NCBI GenBank assembly: GCA_051362555.1
Contig: CM120642.1
Location: 2,108,001 to 2,172,000, forward strand
Length of the DNA stretch: 64,000 nucleotides
Origin: Lingula anatina
Taxonomy: Eukaryota; Animalia; Brachiopoda
Direction of reading: 5' to 3'
A model generated the notes under the pieces. It searched no databases and was not told the DNA's origin. It saw nothing but the letters and a program-made list of their open reading frames with translations. The translations under genes and the position numbers were made by a program. Below are positions 41,001 through 51,900 of the stretch, piece after piece (the stretch's first letter is position 1; every line of letters begins with the position of its first letter).

Positions 41001-44000
41001 ATAATAACATTGCGGGTATCAAAACTTAAAGCAGGTATTTTGCTCCATTTCTTTTCTATAATTGGACCTTCTATACTTGTAAGTCTTTCAAAAACTCAAT
41101 AAATGACAAATCTCAGCGTTTCTGTGTTCAGATATTATAACAATCTTTGTAATAAATCCTTGTTTCTATTGTGTTCTCAGCAGGGTGGTTTCCACAACGA
41201 CTTGGGCAGGTTTCACATCCTGTTCCTGTTCTTTGCCTCCGTGATGTTCTCTATAAGTCTCATCTCACTGTTTGGCTACCATGTTTTTCTAACCCTACAC
41301 AACAGGTCAACATTAGGTAAGTGAACATTTTCACATAGAAAATTTGGCACTTTTCATTCTATTTGAGGGTTTTTTATCATTGTTAAAGGGATAATAACTC
41401 TTCATTTTGGCCAAAAATTGAATTTTCCAGGAGTAAACAACAATTTTTCCATACTTACCAATGGTTAATGAATCCATTTTTACATTCAAAGTTAGTCCCT
41501 GGTTTTATTCTAAAAAGTTTGGTTTTTTTGTTAAAATCTCTTAAGAGATTATAACAGAGTATAGCCATCAATGGAGGTCATATGGTCTGAAGACAATAGC
41601 TATAAGTGCCGTTTTTTTTTGTACAACAGAATATATTATATTTCTACGAGTTGTTCACAATGTTTTTATTGTGAAATATAGATCTCATACGAAGAGTTAT
41701 TATCCCTTTAAGATATGACTTGATGAAGATAGGTAGCTTTGCTGGATGTATAGACATAGAAAATATGACTTTGGGACATTTAAAATGTGGGTAGTATACC
41801 TTAAAGTGCATGATAATTACATTTGGTACAAAATTTCACCATTTAGGTACTTAACTTACATTACCAAATCACTTAAGAGATTTGTAAATTATTTGAAAAG
41901 GGTATGGTATTTCCAGGTATTTATAATATAATATAATATAATGAAAATGAGTACTTTCAAACTTCTGTGTAGAGGACAGAAGGAAGATTTAGAACATTAT
42001 TTGAATGGGGGCTTATTCTTTCCAGAATCATTCCGAGCACCCATATTTAGGACTGGCCCAGACAAAAATGGGTTCAGTCTTGGGAAAAGAGCCAACTTTC
42101 AGGAAATATTTGGTGATGATAGGAAGAAGTGGTTTCTACCAGTATTTACTAGGTAACTATGCATTCCTTTTGGGTCAGATGTTGTTTTGAAGTCTAAAAT
42201 GGGAATTGATAAGTGCATGTTTTTCAGGTGTTGGACTGCTGTTTGCTGTTTTGTCTTAGAAAAAAAAAAGATAGTCACTGTAACATTCCCATTTACTGTA
42301 TCAGAATGAATTTGTTAGCTATGGCTAACTGTAAATGACACTGGCTCCATCTATTGTACAATCTGGAAGCAGGCTCTTTCAGCTGGTTTGAGGCAGTGCT
42401 GCTCATTGCTGATTTTATAACTCAGCATGTTGACCCTTTCTCTTTCTTGTAGTCTTGGCGATGGCTTGTCATTTCCAACACGAGTAGATGCTAATGTTGC
42501 GAGCTCGTACAACACGATGAGTGAGACAAATCCAGCCACGGCAAGCCCAAGGTCAGAAGTCAAATCAGTGTTTTTTTATTTTTTTGGTGTGCTTTGTTGC
42601 ATATAGTAGCCAATGTATATTTTATTTCTGTCCAGGAAACGCACAGTTTAAGATTTAACTGGTAAAAATAAAAACTGGGATTGAAGTCATTTTAGCACCT
42701 TCTACAAGTGGAAAATGGTTCATATTTTTGTTTCTAACCCTAGCCTTAATTAGAAAAAAAGCAAAAAAATACATTGGCTTCTATGTGTTTCGGTGTGCTC
42801 TTTAGAATACTAATCCTCATTGGATCTACTTTGATTTCTAGATGTGTTGCTCGACTTGCCTGAGTCATAAGGTGTGGGTAACTTTTCATTTTGCTTCTTA
42901 CAGTGCATGCCAGTTTGATATGTGTGTGTGAAGTAGGGTCTTTCTATTAACATATCTTTTAATTGTAATATGTGATTGCAATACTTGAAAGCTTTGAGTA
43001 TTTTAATATTTTCTAGTCTGAAAATTGTGAGGTGAGATTAACACTTACTTTAGCCTGACATTGTGAAGTAGTTAAGATTTTTGTGTAGAAATATTTTGCT
43101 ACCTCAATCTCCAGGGCTGTCAATATATATGTGTATATCTGATCATTTAGATGATATTGTCAATTATTGATAAAATAACATGTCAATTCACATATCATGT
43201 TTTATATAAAAGTACTATTATTGATAAGTCAGAGAAAATTACTATATAAAAGTACCATTTTCAATGAGACAAGTTTCACAAAATATCTCCATATTTTCTA
43301 TTTCTTTAATGGACCTCTTGTCCTATTCCTCCATAATTGATTTCCCCGTGTCCCAAGTGTCTACTCAGTAGTAGTAACACAGTCGGGAACTTCACCTGAT
43401 GGTCAGGTTGTCATATGTTGGGAATATCTACATGCTCGCTGCAAGAAATTATTAGTACACATCCCACCCAGAAATTAAAATTATTCTTTAGAGAGTAAAG
43501 TTTGATGTTACAAAGTTAAGATTAGAATTATATTATAGACTTGGAGATAGTCTTACACGTACACCTATACAATTGGGAATATAAATGGAGCACTGAATTG
43601 GGTTGAGGGTAAGAATTTTTTTCTTGAGGTACAAACAGGGCTAATAAAATTAATGAAAGAGCATCTAAAAATCACTCAAAGAAATAGATGGTTTAAAGTC
43701 ACCCAGATACCAAAGATAATTACTTAGTCAGTTTGAACTAAATAATTTGGAAGCTCCCCAAAACAGTGCTTTGTTAGATATACTTAAAATTGTTAATTTT
43801 TAATTAATTTCAGAAAAATTGGTTGGCTTCATGGCAGAAATGATGTTAATGTTAATTAGTTAATCAATACAACAGATCTTAAAAATTAAATAAAGTAAAA
43901 TATTGCAAAAAGTAATAACCTTCTCATACCCACCCACGTGATGCTTCACTCCTTCACTTGGAGATTACACAGCAGGTGGATGATATATAGAAGGCTTTGC

Positions 44001-45117
44001 TTTTCAGATATTAAAACTCAGAGTTATTATTGTCCCAGCAGACAACATTAACCAATCTAAAAGTAGGAGAGCATTTAGAGAGGGCAGACCTCCGCCAAGG
44101 CAGCTCAGAGTGCAGACCTAAGCCAAGGCAGCTCAGTTCTCATAATGGATTAATTTATTACTAGTTATTAATGGATCACCACTAAAATCCAATCGATTTC
44201 AACTAATCTCTAATTTCTTACCTGCTCTGAAAACTGTAACAGAATCCTTCCAAAAAAGGCAAAAGCGTAACCCCCTTGGTGGAGGTTATAAACAAGACGC
44301 AACTATTATACCAAGACTTGTCAGTGACTTTACCCTGAAAATTATGTAATATGTTTGTTATAAATACCAAGTGGTTGGAGTGGCTAACTCTAGATGCAGC
44401 ATTGGTTGAAGGATATAGCATATTGCAATGTATATCTGACACTGACTGGATGCTTTCACCTTATACACTGTACTGCCTGCATGCTGGGTTACAGCAAAGT
44501 TTATTGTGAGTTGGGGGAGAAGTTGTAAATTTCATTTAGATGTTTTTATTGAAGAGCTGTGTTTTGTACATTGGTTTCCAGTTTGATTGATATAATGAAT
44601 GTGAAGGCTACTGTAATGTGAAGGCTACTGTACATTTGTTATGATAATTATATCACTAAATTGAAGTTGTAAAATCTACAGTTTAGTGCTTCTGGCATTC
44701 TACACAACATGTCTTTGTTTTATTTTCCAGCTTTGGAGATGGTGTGACTTATCCCACTAGAACAGAGGATATAGACTCAGATACTCTACTGGGGGCAAGA
44801 CAGAGATGGGCAGAGGAAGGCGGGGAGGAGGGTGAGTTACCATTGCCTAAGATTTATATTGTAATGTTTTTTAATATGTTTGCGTAGTACTATTAATATA
44901 ACTGTGTTGTTTAAATGTGGGTCAGAAAACAAAGAAAAATAATTATATTGTGTAAATCATGTCATATTTCGTCTCCAAAGATTTGAGATTAAAGCATGCA
45001 ATGTATTTAGAATTGAATCTGTTTTTGTTGAGATTATAATTATAAACATTTTTTTTTTCATTTCTAGAAACTTCTCCAGTAGGAACGTCAAAAGTGCATT
45101 TGATCAATGAGCGATAA
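33831..45117 (+). CDS. ZDHHC2: DHHC palmitoyltransferase, ZDHHC2/15/20 family
   Basis: Exons 33831-33945, 35396(or 35390)-35422, 37169-37263, 38816-38942, 39237-39306, 39780-39812, 40165-40285, 41181-41316, 42026-42152, 42453-42551, 44731-44831, 45068-45117. Motifs: [89 protein letters not shown]...[18 protein letters not shown]. Probably co-orthologous to ZDHHC2/15/20. Confidence 0.93.
35018..35092. repeat. (TAT)n microsatellite
   Basis: Run of TAT triplets with a few TGT units; produces the spurious poly-Tyr ORF 34925-35182. Confidence 0.95.
35433..35692. mobile_element. Foldback MITE with ~100-bp imperfect inverted arms (PIF/Harbinger-like end)
   Basis: Left arm ...CATAGACACCAT...CAACTCTGCA...TGCAATCAGCTTAACTGAAT pairs with right arm ATTCACTTAAGCTGATTGCA...TGCAGAGTTG...ATGGTGTCTGTG. 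The right end reads GGCC-TTAA. Confidence 0.75.
41387..41707. mobile_element. Non-autonomous DNA transposon with TTAA TSD (Kolobok-like termini)
   Basis: TTAA|AGGGATAATAACTCTTC ... GAAGAGTTATTATCCCT|TTAA, a perfect 17-bp TIR. Purine (AG) termini fit Kolobok better than piggyBac (CCC). Confidence 0.88.
44065..44290 (-). mobile_element. Short Helentron-associated (HINE-like) element
   Basis: Subterminal inverted repeats ACCTCCGCCAAGG (44088-44100) / CCTTGGTGGAGGT (44274-44286), with a terminal hairpin TAACCCCC..GGAGGTTA. Confidence 0.6.
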
Positions 45118-46758
45118 CGTGGACTGGACTTAGACGCATAGGGATTTGAATTTGATGTTGTACTGCCAGAAACAACTCTGATCTTTCATACTCTATCTCT
45201 GATGTACAGCTACAAGTTGACAAATAAATAGAACTTAGATATCAGGATGACTGTGTTAAGTGAGTGTTGAAGCTGTTGTCACATGAAGACAGTCTCTCTG
45301 AAATGGAAAGTATGGATTTGGATTGAAAGTTTGTGTTTGTTATATTGCTAGAGGAAGTTGAGGAAGCCAGATAGTCTTTACTAGAAGACGTTGAAGTTAT
45401 TCAGTTCACATTTAATGAACAAACTATACACAATTAAAGTGAGCTTTATTTATTCCAGGAATAGAATTATGTTGTGGATAAAATATATATTGCATCCTTG
45501 TAAGAAGTGTGTGAAAATGAGATTTGTCTGTAAAACAGACATTAATTCACTCACCTTTCTGTCATTTTGTGTTGATGACATTGTGAGTCACAAAACAGTA
45601 CTCTGATGGTGCATTCAAACCTGGCTACACTTAAACCGAAAATGGTCTAGGTACTACACACTACAAGATACACAGATCACATGGGGATCCTAGTAGGAAC
45701 TCCCATCAGTTATTTGTTGCCTACACTATTTGACATTAAGCAGGACAGGTGTGAATGCCCCGTGACACTCAGGGTGAAGAGACAGGTGTAGACTGTGGTC
45801 ACAATATACAGGGTAGATACAATGTTGTAATATAATACAGCAAAGGCACACATCGACACACATCAAGTGTACAGTTCATATTTGACTGGGGAAGAGAAAT
45901 GCACACTATATATGATGTTGACTATTATAAATATTAGAAAAGGTGGTACTGATACATGTTTAGGCTTGAATATAGCTATTATTATTATTTCTAAGATAAA
46001 GAAATACGCAAAACTGCTCACTTCTTGAATTGGTTTATTATCATCAGGAGGAAGACTGATTTCCTTTCACTAGCTTTATTTTCCAGTGTTTTACCTTGAA
46101 TATGATGACAAATTTCACTTTTGTAAGACTAACTTTTTCTTCATTTAAAGAACCAATCTCAAGGTAACGCTTCATATCTTGTTTGATCAATTGATTTGAA
46201 ACATTGCTATGGTTATTAAGATACACTTGACTAGCTAACATATATTAATATATAACAGTAACTAGACTTGGTATATTTATTATGTCATCGTAAGTTTGCG
46301 TCTGTGATGATCTGTAGCTTGGCCACAGGAAGGTTGAACCATGGGGCTGACTTGCCGGGAGTTTCCCCCAGGATTTTTTTATAGACATGTACAGGACACA
46401 TGAATAACTTTTGTTCACAGTCTCATGCTTGCAGATGCTGGTTTGACCTATAAGAATTTCTTATGTCAATAGCTGTAGAAAATTAACTAGCCAGTATTTT
46501 GTCAGCTGACAGTCAGACTTCAAGAAAACAAGGGCAGTGATAGGTAAATATCACTTAATTTTCTATTGCTATTGATGAAAGAAACTGCATTTGTCATTTC
46601 AAGCACATAGCCAATAAAACTGTACAACAGTTTGCTTTGTCACTCTTCAACATAATGTATTATATTGTCATAGACACCAGTTTTTGTTTCTGTGGTATTT
46701 TACTTCAAAGTATTAAACATGTTTTGTAGCAGGTTTCAGGGACTTATTGTAATGAAAG

Positions 46759-46874
46759 CAGGGTGTCAAGTTCCTATTTTTCCTACTTTTTTGGGGAGAT
46801 TCCCATTTTCTAGTGAAAATTTCTATTTTTTCCTATTTTTTGAATACATTTTTTCGTTATAACTTGACACTCTG
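46759..46874. mobile_element. Short MITE in the probable ZDHHC 3' UTR
   Basis: TIR CAGGGTGTCAAGTT / AACTTGACACTCTG (13/14 match). Flanks TGAAAG / TGAAGG form an imperfect 6-bp TSD. Confidence 0.75.
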
Positions 46875-47964
46875 TGAAGGGTGACTGAGAAGGGCAACAT
46901 GAATGAAACATGCTTCTACAAAGTAGACCTAATATTATTATCTTAAAAGATGAAAGACACCCCCCTCCCCGCAAACTTCCAACTTCTGGCACAACTTTCC
47001 ATCTCTTGTGAAATTGTCATGGAAATTTTGTAATTTTGAATGTTTCTAGTTTGATGTGGACACCTCACTGACCCAGTACTGAAAACGGTGCACAGATGAT
47101 GGTTGGTAATTTTTTGGTTTGCTGAAAAGTGATTAAAAACATGAATGTTGATTTCATGTAGAAGAATAAGGTGCTCCACTCCTGAGTGTGTTCTACATAT
47201 TTTGAGTGAAAAGTGGACCACATCATTCCAGGACAGTAGGGGATCACTGTACATTACATAATATGCTAAATACACTCAGAACAACCAAATCGTGTGTGGT
47301 ACAGCAATATTGTAAGCACATATGAAAAGAACCGCAGCTTCTTGCAAGAGTTTTGTTCGTGATAATGTCAAATGTGTATAACAATAATGGTAGTTGATAC
47401 AAGGTATGGAGGGTGGAACAAAAAAACAGATTAACCATTCTGTTCATCTGGGCCTTACAAGGCCAATGAATGTAGAGGGATGATCATGATGTCATTCATT
47501 TCTATCAGTTGATATTTAGGTTGCCTGTTCGGGTGTTAGCAAATGTTGGGTACAGAATGGTTAGATTTCATGGAATATTTTAAACATGAGCAGTACCATG
47601 ATAGCAACCCAACCTGACAGCTCTAAGTGAAAGGGTTTTTTATTTATGTTTTTCGATTCTTCATGTTTAGGACATTTGTTTAAAGGTACAAAGAAAAATC
47701 AAATTGTATTTATTTCTGTGTAAGTGTCACTCTTTATCCTGGATAATATTGCTTAACAAAGTTCTCTTTTTTAAAGGGGTCTTAAAGCCCTACCAGAATT
47801 CCAGCTATAAAAAAGTATTTTGTTGAATGTGTTTGATGCATGGCTAGCCTTTTGCAGAGGGGATAAAATGTTATTGCGACAATTGCCTTTTGTGCTAGAG
47901 TTATATTGTATAAGACAGTGCTGTTGAATAGACATTGTAAGATTATAGACGTGTGTAAGTCTTC

Positions 47965-47970
47965 AATAAA
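47965..47970 (+). terminator. Probable ZDHHC polyadenylation signal
   Basis: AATAAA followed by a U-rich tract, ~2.85 kb after the stop. Other AATAAA copies occur upstream. Confidence 0.4.
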
Positions 47971-48157
47971 ACACGAGTAAATTTATTATTTGAGTTTTTT
48001 ATTATCTAATTAAAATCTTGTATGATGATACTTCAAAATTTCTACCTTATGGGGAGTTTGAAACATTATCCATTGTTTTCTAAATTTTAATAATAGAAAA
48101 GATATTGTGCATTTATGTACATACACTTTTACTGTCATTTTAAAAATCATTTAAATA

Positions 48158-48384
48158 TGGGTGCTTTCCCAGAGATTTAGATCGATCTAAAGATTAAGTT
48201 TTAGATTGACCTAACTCCTTGGGGGTTCACGCTAAATTGCAGTCAGCTGAGCGGGCACCATAGGTAATTACCCCCTTACAGCTTTTAGTAGGCGGAACAG
48301 ACGCTTAAGCCAGCCAAGCTGACAGTAATCTAGTGAGACTCCCCACAGGGATAGATCGATCTAAAAATCTATGGAAATGGGGTG
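48158..48384. mobile_element. Foldback MITE between convergent 3' ends
   Basis: Left TTTCCCAGAGATTTAGATCGATCTA and right TAGATCGATCTAAAAATCTATGGAAA are inverted. Inner arms CAGTCAGCT / AGCTGACAG also pair. Confidence 0.7.
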
Positions 48385-48973
48385 TATAAGTTCAAATTGG
48401 TTTTTGTTTAGACTGATTTAACAAATGTTTTAATTTCAGTTAAATTTTTCAAAGCAGTCACAATTCAAGAATTCACAAAAACAAAATATAAAACTAAAAT
48501 TTTATTTACGAATAAATGAAAATAAAAGTACAACTTGTTCAAAAAAATAATAAAATCCTTACTTTCATTCGAAAGTACATAAAGTTAAATAAATATAACA
48601 AAGTCCATCTAAACAGTTATAAAACAGTCTGGCAATTTTTTTTTTTTAGTTTTTGTTTTTGCCCTGAACCAATAAAACTAGCTCCATCTTGGCAGCCATT
48701 TCCTAGTTTGTCAAACACTAAATTTAAAACGTGAAATTGGATTATAAAAACATTTAAATCTAACATGAATGGTACATTTGTTAATCATTGTCAAAGTTAA
48801 ATTACAACTATCTCCTTAATTCAGAGAACAATTACACAATATACTTAAATATTATTTTTTTTAAAACTCTAAACTCTAAAACTGACAAATTTTACAAGCA
48901 TATTTGTCCTACAAGTTCACAAGAAAAAACTGCTCCATGCTGTTACACAGCCATTTCCGATTTTCTGAAATTG

Positions 48974-51900
48974 TTATTCATCAATGCATGAAAAGCAAAA
49001 GCTCTTGCTACAATTGCCCTTTCCCAGACAGAGAGAAATGTTCTGCATATCAGACTTTGGCCTGTAATCAATTCTCTTCATTTTTGGAGGACTTACCATT
49101 TGCCAGGGTTCATCATGCCAAAGTCGCTTTGGAGATCTGGCGTGTCCTTGCACACGATCTTCTGGGAATCTGAATTTTGATTTCTTGTCCAAATTCCTTC
49201 TGGTGATGCTTTCAGAATCACTAAATCCATAACGGTCAGTTTGAACCCTTCCACCACCTTTTGGCCTGGACTGGTCTTCACCAACTCGGTGTCTTGATCT
49301 TGAAACATTACCCTGCATACCAGTATCTGACTCCACTGGGTATCTGACACTACCAGGCTGTCTCTCTCTCTTCTTGACACGAGCCGTCTCATCTTCACTA
49401 TACAACAACACATCATTTCCATCATGGTGAGCTCCAAGACCTCTGAGGTTTTTGCTGTAAAAGTTGCTTGGCACTTGACTCCGTTTCTCTTGCTTAGGAT
49501 GACGTGGATCTTCAATGGTCTTCCTTTTACTTTCACCCCCAAAATTGGAATAATCTCCATCTTGTTCCAAGTTGTGTCTTGAGGACCCTCTTATACTCTT
49601 TAAAGTATTTGCAAAGGAGGTATCTTTTAAGGTTGACTCTTCACAGTCATATTTTGGCACACTTTGGGGTTTAATCCTATAAGAAACTTTTGAAAACAAT
49701 CCAGCTGGTTGTTTATTTTTTGTACTTGAGCCTGCAGTGGTTTCTTTTTCTTCAGCTTGAACTGAATGTTGCTTGTCCTTCAGCTCCTGCTGCTTCCCCT
49801 GATCATCTTGTATACTTCTCCCTGCCAGAAATCTCCCTCTTGAATCTATCCTCTGCCCATTGGTTTTAAATTTAGGCTTTCCATTACCTGATGTTCCCAT
49901 CTCCCTCTGCTGGTTTCTCTCTTTTACTGATGGTGCTCGGTGGATTTTCTCATTCCTTTGACCCTGTCCCATCTGTTCTTTACCAAACAATTGCTTTTTT
50001 GCAGCTTTTACTACCCCTTCTTGGTTAAGGCTTGCCTTTTCAAAATTCAAGTCATGTGAGTTGGATAGATCACGAGACTGATCAAGAGAATGTTTCACAA
50101 GAGTTCTGTCCATATCATCTTGGTCCTTCAAATCGTTGGTGCTCCAGGAGCATTCAACTATTTGCGCCTTCTCCTTCGATCCCATTGTGGCATCCAAGTC
50201 TAACAATTCCACACCATCAGAATCGTAGCTATTGTTACATTCGAGGTCGCTGTTCTCTGATTCTTCAAGGTCTGTTGAATATACCATACCTCCAAATCTG
50301 GAACTGGAATTGCTGATGGAAGATATGTCACTGGAGTCAATATGGAAAGAATCTTCATCTTCCTTGTTTGGGGTACTGGTGATGCTCTTGCGTCTGAACT
50401 TTGAAGTACCTATTTGCTTGTCAGGGGTGCCTGGATAAACAGGCTCACTACTGATTTGGGACTCGACCTTCTGATTTTTAGGTTTCCATGATTGGGGGAA
50501 TGTGTCAAAGGACAGACTCTTGGATGACTTCTGACTAGGGGGTGAAACTCTTGGTGACAGCTGCCCACTGTCGTCTTGTTCTTGTTTCTTTGACTGAAAA
50601 GGTGATTGATATTTCTTGCTCTTAGTTTTGTATATTTTGTGTACATGGCTGTCCCTGTCCTTCTCCTCCCTAACGTGACTTGATATTGAATCAGCAATCA
50701 CAGGCTGGACCCTCCTGTCATCCATCTCATCCAAAGTTGGCCGAGTATAACCAGCTGAGTCAGCTGTCACAGCAATCAATCTTCTCACTTCCTTTTTATC
50801 CTTCTTTGTGTTGGCATGCCCATTAGCCAATGCTGAAGAATACTCAAAACCAGCACCCTGAGTCTCATAAGATATTTCTTCCATGTTCACCGAAACATCC
50901 ATCCCACTGTCCACAGATTCACATCCCAGATTTCCGTCTTGAAATCTGTGACCTAATTTCTTTGGTGAATGGTGTAGAGGTGTGTTTGGATCCCTTGAAT
51001 AACCAGATGATAGTGGTGTGTTCAGCTGAAGCCGCTGTATGTACTCTGAGGGAGACTGTGCATCCGGAGCAAACCGGCCCGACGTTGGATTAATTTTACT
51101 CGACCTAGGAGTTTCATACCTCATGGTTGGAGTGACAGACCTTGCATGTGGAGTGAATGGTTTGGAGCTTGGAGTTGTTGACCTAGAGCTTGGTGTTGTT
51201 GACCTTGAAGTTGGAGTGAGTGACCTTGCCTTTGGACTGTGTGATCTTGAACTTGGAGAGCATGACCCTGGCATCAGAGTTGTTGACCTTGAAGTTGGTG
51301 TGAGTGACCTTGCCCCTGGACTGTGTGACCTTGAACTTGGAGTAAATGACCTTGGCACTAATGTATTTGATCTAGAGCCTGGAGTTGATGACCTTGAAGT
51401 TGGAGTAAGTGACCTTGCCCTTGGAGTATTTAACCTTGAACTTGGAGTACACGGTCCTGATATCAGAGTGTCTGGTCTTGAGCTTGGAGTTCTTGTCTTT
51501 TGCCTTGGTCTTGAAGTTGGAGTGCGGAACACGGGGCCTGACACTGTACATACGTTTGAATCAAACATGTCTCTGCTGCCATGAAGACTGACACCACTGC
51601 GACTACTGTTGCTGTTGTCACTTTGTCTCATCCATTTATCACTGCCATTGGTCAAACTTGGACTTGCTGGAACTGCCATTATTCTTGTTGACTCAGCCTG
51701 AGGATTCCACACAGGTGGCACAGCTTGATGTCTGTTGTTACAGTTTACTTTCTCAGTATCTGCTTGGGAAAGCCTTGTGGATTCAGCTTTAGGATTGCCA
51801 ATAGCACCCCTTATCCCAGCAGAATGATTCTTCAAAATATCTGCAGGCTTCACCCAGGGAGGTTTGAAGCCGGCTCCTTCAGAGATCCTGGTAGACTCCA

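Noticed and set aside
51039-51584. 181-aa + strand ORF (GVVDLEL repeats)
   Set aside because: Antisense shadow of the 21-bp coding heptad repeat on the - strand.
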